A DNA stretch of 64,000 bases from contig URUI01000001.1 in assembly GCA_900551015.1 (NCBI GenBank), forward strand, positions 400 to 64,399, written 5' to 3'. Positions 39,804 through 49,336 of the stretch are shown here, one piece after another. The position numbers and the translations under genes were made by a program. The notes under the pieces were generated by a model. That model ran no database searches. It saw nothing but the letters and a program-made list of their open reading frames with translations, and was not told the DNA's origin. The DNA comes from an uncultured Collinsella sp. GTDB lineage: Bacteria; Actinomycetota; Coriobacteriia; Coriobacteriales; Coriobacteriaceae. Every line of letters begins with the position of its first letter. Position 1 is the first letter of the stretch.

Positions 39804-40526
39804 TTAATCCTCCTGATAGACGAGCGTGCCGACGGGCTCACCCGCGAGCGCGCGCTTGACGGTGTCCTCGCCATCGATGTTGAGGACCAAAATGGGCATA
39901 CGGTTGTCCTGGCAAAGAGCCGTAGCCGTGGAATCCATAACCTGCAGACCGCGAACGAGCACCTCGTGATAGGTGATCTTGTCAAATCGGACGGCGTCGG
40001 CGCACTTGACGGGATCCTTGTCGTAGATGCCATCAACCTTGGTGGCTTTAATCAGAATCTCGGCACCGATCTCGCAGGCGCGAAGGGACGCAGCGGTGTC
40101 AGTCGTAAAGTACGGATTACCCGATCCGGCGGCGAAGATAACGACGTTGCCCTTGGACAGATGGTTGATGGCACGGCGGCGAATATAGGGCTCGCAGATC
40201 TCGTTCATCTGGATAGCGCTCATCACGCGGCAGGGAACATCGTTGTGCTCGAAGGCATCCTGCAGGGCAAGCGCATTCATAACGGTAGCGAGCATGCCCA
40301 TGTAATCGGCCTGGGCGCGCTCCATACCACCGGCAGCACCGGCCATGCCGCGGAAAATGTTGCCGCCGCCGACAACGACGCCGACCTCATGACCAAAGGC
40401 GAGCAGCTCCTTGACCTGCTTGGCAAGATGATCGGTAACCTTGGGGTCGATGCCGTAGTTGCCATCGCCCATCAGCGCTTCGCCGGAGAGCTTCAGAAGC
40501 ACGCGTTTATATCGGATGTCGGACAA
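39804..40526 (-). CDS. pyrH: UMP kinase
   Basis: [18 protein letters not shown]... with the amino-acid-kinase fold. Confidence 0.92.
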   Translation of the reverse strand: MSDIRYKRVLLKLSGEALMGDGNYGIDPKVTDHLAKQVKELLAFGHEVGVVVGGGNIFRGMAGAAGGMERAQADYMGMLATVMNALALQDAFEHNDVPCRVMSAIQMNEICEPYIRRRAINHLSKGNVVIFAAGSGNPYFTTDTAASLRACEIGAEILIKATKVDGIYDKDPVKCADAVRFDKITYHEVLVRGLQVMDSTATALCQDNRMPILVLNIDGEDTVKRALAGEPVGTLVYQED

Positions 40527-40584
40527 AGCGATCCTCCTTTAATTAGACTCACAACATAATATCAAAGGCTCAACGGGGAGCCAT

Positions 40585-40621
40585 GAAAAAGCAGGCTGTG
40601 AGTAAAACCCACAGCCTGCTC
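40585..40621 (-). terminator. Rho-independent terminator or attenuator between tsf and pyrH
   Basis: The minus-strand RNA reads AGCAGGCUGUG-GGUUUUACU-CACAGCCUGCU followed by UUUUUC: an 11-bp perfect stem. Confidence 0.75.
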
Positions 40622-40643
40622 ATTACCAGCTACAAGAGCTTAT

Positions 40644-41513
40644 TTACTCGCCACGGACCAGACGGTCAAAGGCAACGACGGTAATGGTGTCGCCGAGCTC
40701 CTTGGAGACCTGCTCAGCGTACTTCTTGATGGTGAGGGAGCTGTCCTTGATGAACTCCTGCTCGGTGAGCACGGACTGCTTGTAGAACTTCTCCAGACGG
40801 CCAACAGCCATCTTCTCCTGGATAGCCTCGGGCTTGCCGGACTCGGCAGCCTGAGCCATGTAGATCTGCTTCTCGTGCTCGACGGTCTCGGCCGGAACCT
40901 GATCGCGGGTAGCGCAGATCGGGGCGACGGCGGCAACCTGAAGGGCAACGTCATGAGCAAAGGTCTTGAAGGACTCAGCCTGAGCGGTCTCGGCCTTCTC
41001 GAAAGCGAACTCGACGAGCACGCCGATCTTACCACCCATGTGGATGTAAGAAGCGAGAGCGCCGTTCTCAGCCTTGCGCGCGGCGAAACGAGAAATCTTC
41101 ATGTTCTCGCCCATGATATGAATCATCTCGGTGAGCTCGGAGGAAACGGTCTCCTCGCCCATCGGCTTCTCGAGCAGAGCGTGGACGTCAGCGGGCTCGG
41201 TGGTAGCGACAACCTCAGCGACCTTGGAAGCAAAGCCGGTGAACTTGGCGTTGGAGCCGACGAAGTCGGTCTCGCAGGAGAGCTCGAGCAGAGCGCCGGA
41301 CTTGCCGTCCTCGGAGACGAACGCGGCGACAGCGCCCTCGTTGGTCTCACGGCCAGCCTTCTTGGCAGCCTTGGCGAGGCCGTTCTTGCGCAGAACGTCG
41401 ACAGCGGCGTCCATGTCGCCGTCAGCCTCGACGAGAGCCTTCTTGCACTCCATCATCGGGGAGTCGGTCATCTCGCGGAGCTGCTTGACCATAGCGGCGG
41501 TAATCTGGGCCAT
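40644..41513 (-). CDS. tsf: Elongation factor Ts
   Basis: MAQITAAMVKQLREMTDSPMMECKKAL... I chose the ATG with an AAAGGAAC RBS. Confidence 0.92.
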   Translation of the reverse strand: MAQITAAMVKQLREMTDSPMMECKKALVEADGDMDAAVDVLRKNGLAKAAKKAGRETNEGAVAAFVSEDGKSGALLELSCETDFVGSNAKFTGFASKVAEVVATTEPADVHALLEKPMGEETVSSELTEMIHIMGENMKISRFAARKAENGALASYIHMGGKIGVLVEFAFEKAETAQAESFKTFAHDVALQVAAVAPICATRDQVPAETVEHEKQIYMAQAAESGKPEAIQEKMAVGRLEKFYKQSVLTEQEFIKDSSLTIKKYAEQVSKELGDTITVVAFDRLVRGE

Positions 41514-41558
41514 TGTGGTTCCTTTCAAAGAGATGAAAAAGAATGAACTAAGACTGAT

Positions 41559-42287
41559 TTACTCGGCCTTGGGCTCAGCGGCCATCTCGGCCTCGGAGAC
41601 CTGCTCCTTGCCGGAGCCAGCGAGGCAGGCGTCAGCCATGAGCTCGCACATAAGGGTGACAGCGGAGATAGCGTCATCGTTGCAGGGGATGCCGTACTCG
41701 ACCTCGTCGGGATCGGAGTTGGTGTCGATCAGGGCGACGACGGGGATGTTCAGGCGCTGAGCCTCCTTGATGGCGTTCTCCTCGCGCTTGGTGTCGATGA
41801 CGAAGAGAGCCTGGGGCAGACCCTTCATGTCGCGGGCGCCACCGAGGTTGGTCTGAAGCTTGGTGAGCTCCTTACCGAGCACAGCCTGCTCCTTCTTGGG
41901 GAGCACTGCCATGCGGCCGTCCTCGACCATGGCCTCGAGCTCCTCCATGCGGTTGATGCGGGAGCGGATGGTGACGAAGTTGGTCAGCATGCCGCCGAGC
42001 CAACGCTGGTTGATGTAAGGCATGTTGGCGCGCTCAGCGGCGTTCTTAACGGCCTCCTGAGCCTGCTTCTTAGTGCCGACGAACAGCACGTTGCCACCCT
42101 TGGCGACGTTCTTGACGAAGGTGTAGGCCTGGTCGGCGTCGAGGATGGTCTGCTTGAGGTCGAGGATGTAGATGCCGTTGCGCTCACCGAAGATGAACGG
42201 CTTCATCTTGGGGTTCCAGCGACGGGTCTGGTGACCGAAGTGGCAGCCGGCCTCGAGCAGGGTGCGGATATTAATCTTGGTAGCCAT
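41559..42287 (-). CDS. rpsB: 30S ribosomal protein S2
   Basis: [28 protein letters not shown]... 242 aa. Confidence 0.93.
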   Translation of the reverse strand: MATKINIRTLLEAGCHFGHQTRRWNPKMKPFIFGERNGIYILDLKQTILDADQAYTFVKNVAKGGNVLFVGTKKQAQEAVKNAAERANMPYINQRWLGGMLTNFVTIRSRINRMEELEAMVEDGRMAVLPKKEQAVLGKELTKLQTNLGGARDMKGLPQALFVIDTKREENAIKEAQRLNIPVVALIDTNSDPDEVEYGIPCNDDAISAVTLMCELMADACLAGSGKEQVSEAEMAAEPKAE

Positions 42288-42503
42288 GTTAAACCTCCTG
42301 TGGTTTGCCTCCGCGCGGGGTCATCCTCCAAAACCAACCCGGACATGTGCTACCAAAGCCCGGGCACCACGGTATGAAGTAGCCGCGCGTGCGTGATAAA
42401 AACCTGTTGCCGTGAAGCAACCCGATGAATGATAGCAGGATTGCCTCTTCCTGCCAACCCGCAATCAAAACCACACACCTAAGCGTAACGCGAGCCGCCC
42501 AGC
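42288..42503 (-). other. Long (~216-nt) 5' leader of rpsB-tsf
   Basis: No credible ORF: the 61-aa track ORF has no homology features. Just upstream of the Shine-Dalgarno the leader contains repeated GGUUUUGGAGG / CCACAGGAGG elements. Confidence 0.4.
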
Positions 42504-43346
42504 TTACTCGCCCCGGGGATGGGCTTGGGCCACGGCGCGCTTAAGCCGGTCGGGCGTGAGATGCGTGTAGATCTGCGTCGTGGATAGGCTCGCATGCCCC
42601 AGCAGCTCTTGAACCGAACGAAGGTCCGCGCCGCCCTCAAGCAGATCGGTCGCAAACGTATGACGCATCGCATGCGGCGCGATGTCGGCCGGAATGCCGG
42701 CGAGCGTCGCCAACATATGGAACCGTCGCCTGAGCATGGCGGCACTCATGCGGTTGCCGCGCACAGATATCAACAGCGGATGGGGACCGTTTACGGCATC
42801 GCGACGCTTTGCCTGCGCAAGCAGCGCCGGTCTCCCCTCCTCGACATAGGTGCGCGTCGCCTCGAGTGCGCGACGATACAGAGGAACGATACGCTCCTTG
42901 CTCCCCTTGCCCCATAGCCGCACCGTGCGCTCGGACCATGAGATGGATTCAACATTGAGCGCCGCAAGCTCTGAGATGCGCGCGCCGGATGCATAAAGAA
43001 GCTCGAGCATCGTCGCATCGCGCAATCCAGCGGGCGTTGCGGTGTCGGGGGCTTGGAGCAGTGCCTCGACCTGCTGGGTCGTCAGCACACCAGGCAGGTC
43101 GCGCGGCAGCTTGGGCGAGGAAATCGCCGAGACCGTATCACCCTCCACGATTCCCTCGGCAGCCATCCAACGATAGAACGACCGAATAGCCGACAAATGT
43201 GCCGCAAGGGTGCGAGGCGCCACCTGCTCGCGCGAAAGCTCGGCCAAATACGCGCGGACGATACGCACGTCGGTCATACGCGCATCGACACCCGTACGCT
43301 CGCACCAGGCAGCAAAGCGCTCCAACCGCGATCCATAGGCCATCAC
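42504..43346 (-). CDS. xerC: Tyrosine recombinase of the XerC/XerD family; the N-terminus is probably longer than the track ORF
   Basis: The catalytic residues R..K..HxxR..H..Y are all present (ARISELAAL, GKGSKER, HAMRHTF, LLGHASL..IYTH). The in-frame upstream sequence encodes a conserved core-binding helix (FIAYIARVEGLSPNTV) but contains no ATG/GTG/TTG. Confidence 0.8.
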   Translation of the reverse strand: MMAYGSRLERFAAWCERTGVDARMTDVRIVRAYLAELSREQVAPRTLAAHLSAIRSFYRWMAAEGIVEGDTVSAISSPKLPRDLPGVLTTQQVEALLQAPDTATPAGLRDATMLELLYASGARISELAALNVESISWSERTVRLWGKGSKERIVPLYRRALEATRTYVEEGRPALLAQAKRRDAVNGPHPLLISVRGNRMSAAMLRRRFHMLATLAGIPADIAPHAMRHTFATDLLEGGADLRSVQELLGHASLSTTQIYTHLTPDRLKRAVAQAHPRGE

Positions 43347-43420
43347 CGTATTGGGAGAGAGCCCCTCGACACGGGCGATGTAGGCGATAAACGAGTCGAC
43401 GGTATCGTACAGGTCAAAGG

Positions 43421-44758
43421 CTATGACCGGTCGCCTCCAAACAAGTCGGAACGCGTAGCCAAGTAGACATCGAGGGCCTCGAGGGCGCGATCCGCATAAG
43501 CCTGGTAGCGGTCGCGCTTACTGCGGCGCTTGCCGTCCTCGAGCGGCGGTACCAGGCCAAAATTGACATGCATGGGCTGGTAGCCCACGGTTGCCGGATC
43601 GGTCGCATAGCCCACGAGCGCACCCAGGGCGCCCACGCGCGGCAGTTCGACGGGAGCAACCTCAATGGCCTCGGCATAGGTATTGAGCGCGGCGAGCAAA
43701 CCCGTCGCCACGGCCTCCATGTACCCCTCGGTGCCGGTGATCTGACCGGCGAGGCGCACGCCCGTGCCAGGCACGGCAAAGGTGCCGTCAAGAACGTGCG
43801 GCGCATCGACAAAGGTATTGCGGTGCATGACGCCATAACGGAAGAACTCGGCATTCTCCAAACCGGGAACCATATGGAAGACACGCTTCTGCTCGCCAAA
43901 GGTCAAATTAGTCTGGAAGCCCACCAGGTTATAGGCGGTCTTCTCCTTGTTCTCGGCTCGAAGCTGAATCGCTGCCCAAGGGCGACGGCCGGTTCGCGGG
44001 TCGGTGAGGCCGACGGGCTTCATGGCGCCAAAGCGAATGGCATCCTTGCCGGTGCGGGCGACTTCCTCGGCAGGCTGACAGGCCTGGAACAGGTCGCCGC
44101 CCTCAAAGTCCTTGAGCACCACGCGGTCGGCGGTGGTGAGTGCCCCGATAAAGGCCTCGTACTCCTCCTTGCTGAACGGAGCGTTGAGATAGTCGCCGCT
44201 CCCCTGCTCCTCGTAGCGCGACTGCGAGAACAGCACGTCCATATCGAGCGTGGAGGCATCGACGATTGGCGCGGCAGCGTCAAAGAACGCCAGGGCGTCG
44301 CCACCGACGAGCTTCATGACCTCTTCGCTCAATGCCGGTGAACACAGCGGGCCCGCGGCAATGACCACGTGGCCCTCGGGAATCTGCGTGACCTCGCCGT
44401 GCACGACCTCGATATTGGGTCGGGCGGCAACCTCGGCCTCGACAAGCACGGAAAACGTGACGCGGTCGACCGCCAGGGCACCGCCAGCGGGAACGGCCGC
44501 ACGATGGGCGCAATCGAGCAGCACCGAGCCCATGCGCTCGAGCTCGGCCTTTAGCAGGCCAGCAGCGGAATCCGGACGGGTTGACTTAAACGAATTTGAG
44601 CAGACGAGCTCGGCCAAGTGGTCGGTATGGTGGGCCGGAGAGCTCACCTGGGGACGCATCTCGCACAGCTTTACGGCAAACCCGCGATCTGCCAGCTGGA
44701 TCGCACATTCCGAACCCGCCAAACCGCCACCGATAACCGTCACCTGATCGAACCGCAT
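43421..44758 (-). CDS. trmFO: Methylenetetrahydrofolate--tRNA-(uracil54-C5)-methyltransferase TrmFO (Gid)
   Basis: The FAD motif VIGGGLAGSE and the TrmFO family core. ~445 aa. Confidence 0.88.
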   Translation of the reverse strand: MRFDQVTVIGGGLAGSECAIQLADRGFAVKLCEMRPQVSSPAHHTDHLAELVCSNSFKSTRPDSAAGLLKAELERMGSVLLDCAHRAAVPAGGALAVDRVTFSVLVEAEVAARPNIEVVHGEVTQIPEGHVVIAAGPLCSPALSEEVMKLVGGDALAFFDAAAPIVDASTLDMDVLFSQSRYEEQGSGDYLNAPFSKEEYEAFIGALTTADRVVLKDFEGGDLFQACQPAEEVARTGKDAIRFGAMKPVGLTDPRTGRRPWAAIQLRAENKEKTAYNLVGFQTNLTFGEQKRVFHMVPGLENAEFFRYGVMHRNTFVDAPHVLDGTFAVPGTGVRLAGQITGTEGYMEAVATGLLAALNTYAEAIEVAPVELPRVGALGALVGYATDPATVGYQPMHVNFGLVPPLEDGKRRSKRDRYQAYADRALEALDVYLATRSDLFGGDRS

Positions 44759-44772
44759 CTGCAAACACCTTT

Positions 44773-45705
44773 CTAATTGACACGCTTTCCATTGTGACCG
44801 AAGGGCGTCTGGGCGTGAAGCGCAAACTTTGAGGGCGCATACCTTCCATCCATCATGCGCTCGATGAGGCCCTCGAGCTCGAGCGAGCCCAAGAGCTTGA
44901 GCACGCCGACAGCATCAAGCGAGACGAGCGCGGCAATGTCGTCGACCTTGAGCGGCGAGGCGATAAGCGCGTGCATCACGGCCTGCTGCGTGGGGTCCAG
45001 ATCGGCAATACCGGGCGCATCGGGACGCGAGTAGCGCAGCGTGCCGTAGATGCGCGAGATAGCCATCTCGATAGATTCCTCGTCGATGATGCAGCAGGCT
45101 CCGTTAGCGATGAGGTAGTTGGTCCCGCGTGACTCGGGCGAAAGGATGGAGCCCGGCACGGCAAGGAGCTCTCGTCCCAAGTCCATAGCAGCCTCCGCCG
45201 TGGAGAACGTACCCGAGGGCATGCCCGCCTCGGAAACAAAGAGCGCCTGCGACAGGGCGGCGATAACGCGATTGCGCCGCGGAAAGGCGAACTTACGCGG
45301 TCCCATACCCCACGGCGAAATCGAAACGACCGCGCCGCCCGTATCGAGTGTGCGCGTGATGAGGCCGGCGCTCGAGCGCGGATAGACAACATCGGCGCCG
45401 GTCCCCAGCACCACGACGTGTTTGCCCCCGGCGTTGACCGCAGCCCAACCCGACGCCTGGTCGCAGCCGACCGCACCGCCCGAGACCACCATCACTCCCG
45501 CCTCAACCGCCACCTTGGCCGCAAGTTCTGCCACGGCGAGACCATACGGCGATGCCTTGCGTGCACCGATGATGGAGAGCGCAGGCGTCGATAACACGGC
45601 GGGGTCGCCACGCACATAGAGGGTCCGGGGCACATCCGGGAGCTCCAAGACGGTCTCGGGATACAACGCATCACCGGGATGCAACTGATAAGTCTCCTCG
45701 CCCAT
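44773..45705 (-). CDS. dprA: DNA-processing protein DprA (Smf)
   Basis: A Rossmann-like DprA domain with a C-terminal winged helix. I chose the ATG (MGEETYQL) with a GGAGGGA RBS; it overlaps the comM stop. The track ORF extends 53 codons upstream in low-complexity Arg/His-rich sequence. Confidence 0.8.
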   Translation of the reverse strand: MGEETYQLHPGDALYPETVLELPDVPRTLYVRGDPAVLSTPALSIIGARKASPYGLAVAELAAKVAVEAGVMVVSGGAVGCDQASGWAAVNAGGKHVVVLGTGADVVYPRSSAGLITRTLDTGGAVVSISPWGMGPRKFAFPRRNRVIAALSQALFVSEAGMPSGTFSTAEAAMDLGRELLAVPGSILSPESRGTNYLIANGACCIIDEESIEMAISRIYGTLRYSRPDAPGIADLDPTQQAVMHALIASPLKVDDIAALVSLDAVGVLKLLGSLELEGLIERMMDGRYAPSKFALHAQTPFGHNGKRVN

Positions 45706-47228
45706 TATTGGTCCCTCCTTCCCTGGTACATCGCCGCCTCGAGCACGTGATCCTGCATCACCCGTTCGCTTTCGGCAACATCGGCGATCGTGCGTGCGAT
45801 GCGTACCAGGCGCACGATGCCGCGGCCCGTGAGATGCGTGCGCTTCGACAGGCCGAGCACGCATTTCTCGGCGGCCTCATCAAGCCCAAAGGTCGAGACG
45901 ACGCCGTCAATGGACCGCGACTCATCTTCCTCGGCCTCGGTGTCCGCATCGTCCATACGGGACTCGCGCCAGGCACGAAAGGCGCGACCGCGCACAACGT
46001 AGTCACGCAACTCGGCCGACGACATACCCTCCGCGCCCTCAATGATCACCTGAGGGTCGGGACGGGTCACATCGATCATCATGTCGATACGGTCGGCCAA
46101 AGGACCGCGCAGCTTTGCCCGATAGCGCTCCACCATCGATGCCGAGCAGCGGCATGGCACCTCGCGATCGCCCAAAAAGCCGCAGGGGCAGGGATTGCTC
46201 GCAGCGAGCAGCTGAAAGCGCGACGGGAAGGTAAAGGCCCCGTCGACACGCACGATCCTCACATAGCCGCGTTCGATAGGCTGACGCAGCGTCTGCAGCA
46301 CACCCGTGGGAAACTCGGCAAGCTCGTCCAAAAAGAGCACGCCGCCATGAGCCAGGCTGATCTCACCCGGATGCACCGGGCGTCCTCCGCCAATGAGGCC
46401 CGCCGTTGAAATACTGTGATGGGGGCTTCGAAACGGCCGATGACCTGCCAATAAGCCATCGATGTTCTCGCCCAAGACCGAATGGATGCACAGCGCCTCC
46501 TGCTGATCCTCAACGGAAAGCTCGGGCAGGATGCCGGTCATACGGCGCGCAAGCATCGTCTTGCCCGATCCCGGGGACCCAATCATGAGCAAGCCGAGTT
46601 CTCCTGCCGCCGCAAGCGCCATGCCGCGTTTGGCAACCTCCTGCCCCAGCACGTCGGCATAGTCGAGCTCAGGCTCAAAGGTCGCCTCGACGACCTCGGA
46701 ATCCAGATAGTGCCGAGCCGCCTCGCCCATGCCATGGGCAAGCTGAGACAAATGATCGATAAATCCGCAATCCACGCCCGCAAGCGGCACATGCTGATCG
46801 GACCTGCCGGCGATAAAGGACAGCCCCATATCACGCGCCAATAGCTGAAACGCCACCTCGCCCTTGACGGGAAGCACCGTACCGTCCAAGCCGAGCTCGC
46901 CGGCGATAAGGCAGCGATCGAGGTTGTCACGGGGAATCTGCCCATCGGCCGCCAGAACCGCGATGGCGATGGGCAGATCAAAGCCGCTACCGGTCTTGCG
47001 AATATCGCCAGGCGCCAGATTGACCGTAATGCCCGAGCGCGGGATTTCGAACCCGGCGGAGCGCATCGCGCAGCGAATACGACCGCGTGACTCCATCACC
47101 TCCATACTCGGAATGCCGAGCATCTGAATGCCCGGAACGCCGCCGGCAAGCGAGACCTCGACCGTGACGTGAATCGCCTCGACGCCACGGATGCAGGCCG
47201 CGTGAACGGCAAACGTCTCGAACGCCAT
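45705..47228 (-). CDS. comM: Mg-chelatase-like AAA+ ATPase ComM/YifB
   Basis: A Lon-like N-terminal domain, Walker A GSPGSGKT, and ChlI-type AAA+ and C-terminal domains. Confidence 0.85.
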   Translation of the reverse strand: MAFETFAVHAACIRGVEAIHVTVEVSLAGGVPGIQMLGIPSMEVMESRGRIRCAMRSAGFEIPRSGITVNLAPGDIRKTGSGFDLPIAIAVLAADGQIPRDNLDRCLIAGELGLDGTVLPVKGEVAFQLLARDMGLSFIAGRSDQHVPLAGVDCGFIDHLSQLAHGMGEAARHYLDSEVVEATFEPELDYADVLGQEVAKRGMALAAAGELGLLMIGSPGSGKTMLARRMTGILPELSVEDQQEALCIHSVLGENIDGLLAGHRPFRSPHHSISTAGLIGGGRPVHPGEISLAHGGVLFLDELAEFPTGVLQTLRQPIERGYVRIVRVDGAFTFPSRFQLLAASNPCPCGFLGDREVPCRCSASMVERYRAKLRGPLADRIDMMIDVTRPDPQVIIEGAEGMSSAELRDYVVRGRAFRAWRESRMDDADTEAEEDESRSIDGVVSTFGLDEAAEKCVLGLSKRTHLTGRGIVRLVRIARTIADVAESERVMQDHVLEAAMYQGRRDQ

Positions 47229-47713
47229 CACGACACCTGCCAATCGAACGCGTTGTACTGATGCTCGATCTCAGCGATATGCCCGCCGCGAATGGTGACA
47301 CCCACGGCATCGAAGCGAATCGCCTTGAGCGGATAATGATCCATGAGATAGCAACTTGCGATGCGGCGGTAGCGGCGTTGCTTTTGGGCGTCCACGGCCT
47401 CCTCGGGAAAGACCCGCGTGCTGCAATCCAGTGCGACGCGTCTGGTCTTGACCTCGGCCATCACCACGACATCGTCGAGCTCATCGAGCAGCACCAGATC
47501 GGCCTCGCCCTCGGTGCAACGATAACCCTGCTCCAGCAAGGTGTAACCGCGCTCGTTAAAGTAGTCGATGGTGATCAGCTCGCCCAGCATGCCCAGCTCG
47601 CGGGGACTGAGCCCCTTGATAAACTCGGGCGTCATCGCCCCGCAGTCGAGCTCGCCGTTTTCCCAACGCTCCTTGAGCTGCTGCGTCTTGCTCTTTTTGC
47701 TTGCGGCACTCAT
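47228..47713 (-). CDS. yraN: UPF0102 / YraN family endonuclease-like protein
   Basis: A YraN core (LDLVLLDELDDVVVMAEVKTRR) downstream of rnhB, as in many bacteria. I chose the ATG (MSAASKK) with a GGAAAGGAGA RBS. Confidence 0.7.
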   Translation of the reverse strand: MSAASKKSKTQQLKERWENGELDCGAMTPEFIKGLSPRELGMLGELITIDYFNERGYTLLEQGYRCTEGEADLVLLDELDDVVVMAEVKTRRVALDCSTRVFPEEAVDAQKQRRYRRIASCYLMDHYPLKAIRFDAVGVTIRGGHIAEIEHQYNAFDWQVS

Positions 47714-47902
47714 GGGGTCTCCTTTCCCGCACGCTGCATTGCCCCGATGATGAGGGCACCTTTCATGCGGGTAAGTACCGGAAGCAAACCAAAAGCTGAC
47801 CAAATGCCGTCAAAAAACGGGCCGTACGCAGCAATGGTGTTGCATACGGCCCGCTACCAGCAGGTTTATAAAACCCCTGAGGTCCCTGTCTCCACAATTG
47901 AC

Positions 47903-48691
47903 CTAGAAAAGGCGCTCAGTCTGCAGAAAGTTTCCGCAAAAGCTCACGCGGTGCAGTGGACAAAGTCCATGTTTGCGAATGGCCTCGATATGCTCGGGGC
48001 TTGCATAGCCCTTCGACTCGGCCAGATGGTACTCGGGATACTCGGCGTCGTACTCGACCATCATCTCGTCACGCGTGACCTTGGCCATGATGGACGCCGC
48101 GGCGATGCAGGCGATTTTGGCATCACCCTTCACCACATCGCGCTCGTTAGGAACGGCGCCCAAGGGGTTGCCATCCATGAGGACGCAGTCGGGTTCAAGT
48201 CCCGTATCGGCCACGGCGCCCGCAACGGCAGTACGGATAGCACGGGCCATGCCCATCTCATCGATATCCGCAGGAGCGATATGGCAAAAGCCGATGGCAG
48301 TCGCCACCTCGGCTATCTTCACCGAGAGCAGCTCGCGGCGCGCGGGCGTGAGCTTTTTGGAATCGTTGATGCCCCAGATGCGCGGCTCCATCGGAAGACA
48401 CACGGCACACACGGTCAAGGGACCCGCTACCGAGCCACGGCCCACCTCGTCGACGCCCACGACCACACCATCACCGCCGAGCTCATGCATAAGCTGATAC
48501 ATGCCGTTGACGCGCTCGCGCTCGGCAAGCTCTTTGGCATGGCGTTTGAGGGCACGCTCGCAAGCCTTGATCACCTGCTGGCGCGGATCCTCGCGATAAT
48601 GCTCCACGAGGGCAGGAATCTCCTCAAACGTAGCGCTCGCCAACTCACCGGCAACCTGCGATGCCGAAACCGAGCTCGTCATGTTGGCCAT
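47903..48691 (-). CDS. rnhB: Ribonuclease HII
   Basis: VGVDEVGRGSVAGPL...DSKKL are RNase HII motifs. I chose the ATG with an AAGGAGGG RBS. Confidence 0.9.
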   Translation of the reverse strand: MANMTSSVSASQVAGELASATFEEIPALVEHYREDPRQQVIKACERALKRHAKELAERERVNGMYQLMHELGGDGVVVGVDEVGRGSVAGPLTVCAVCLPMEPRIWGINDSKKLTPARRELLSVKIAEVATAIGFCHIAPADIDEMGMARAIRTAVAGAVADTGLEPDCVLMDGNPLGAVPNERDVVKGDAKIACIAAASIMAKVTRDEMMVEYDAEYPEYHLAESKGYASPEHIEAIRKHGLCPLHRVSFCGNFLQTERLF

Positions 48692-48718
48692 ACCAGGCCC
48701 TCCTTGCATGCAAATCAG

Positions 48719-48750
48719 ATAAAAAGAAGGGCCACCCGAAGGTGACCCTT
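48719..48750 (-). terminator. Rho-independent terminator after rplS
   Basis: The minus-strand RNA reads AAGGGUCACC-UUCG-GGUGGCCCUU followed by CUUUUUAUCUG. Confidence 0.7.
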
Positions 48751-48784
48751 GTGTCCAAACGAGTGGACAGACGCTGCGATCTTC

Positions 48785-49126
48785 TTAGCGCTTCTCGGGG
48801 ATGCGAGCAGCCTTGCCCACCTTGTCGCGGAGGTAGTACAGCTTGGCGCGACGGACGCGACCATGACGAACGACCTCGAGCTTGGCGATCTTGGGGCTGT
48901 GAAGCGGGAAGGTACGCTCAACACCGACACCGAAGGACATCTTGCGGACGGTGAAGGTCTCGCGGGCACCGGCGCCGGCCATGCGGATGACGTCGCCCTG
49001 GAAGACCTGGATGCGCTCGCGGTCGCCTTCCTTAATGCGGTAGTGAACCTTGACGTTGTCGGCGACGCGAACCTGAGGAATGTCCTCGCGGATCTGCTGA
49101 CGCTCGATTGCGCGGATGTAATCCAT
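48785..49126 (-). CDS. rplS: 50S ribosomal protein L19
   Basis: [34 protein letters not shown]... I chose the ATG with a TAAGGAAT RBS. Confidence 0.92.
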   Translation of the reverse strand: MDYIRAIERQQIREDIPQVRVADNVKVHYRIKEGDRERIQVFQGDVIRMAGAGARETFTVRKMSFGVGVERTFPLHSPKIAKLEVVRHGRVRRAKLYYLRDKVGKAARIPEKR

Positions 49127-49195
49127 GTGCAATTCCTTACTCTTCTAGAGGTGCCGTACCACCTTGGCCGGCACGTAGTTGAACAAACGTATTCG

Positions 49196-49223
49196 AGTAT
49201 ACACGCGCGGGTTTCCGCTGCAA
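49196..49223 (-). promoter_or_regulatory. Putative rplS promoter (TTGCAG-16-TATACT) followed by a structured ~70-nt leader
   Basis: The minus-strand sequence is TTGCAGcggaaacccgcgcgtgTATACT. The leader hairpin is GUGCCGGCCAAGGUGGUACGGCAC. Confidence 0.4.
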
Positions 49224-49239
49224 GAACAATTTTTTACGC

Positions 49240-49297
49240 AGACAAAAAGACAAAACCCGCACATGATAACCGCCCGCCTCACGAATGAGACGGGCGG
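49240..49297 (-). terminator. Terminator after ppdK
   Basis: The minus-strand RNA reads CCGCCCGUCUCA-UUCG-UGAGGCGGGCGG followed by the U-rich UUAUCAUGUGCGGGUUUUGUCUUUUUGUCUG. Confidence 0.6.
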
Positions 49298-49336
49298 CAT
49301 GAAGGGGGGCTACGCTAGGCGTCTAAACCCAAAACG

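Noticed and set aside
42289-42474. 61-aa ORF inside the rpsB leader
   Set aside because: It has no RBS, its composition is odd, and it overlaps the presumed structured 5' UTR, so I treat it as non-coding leader.
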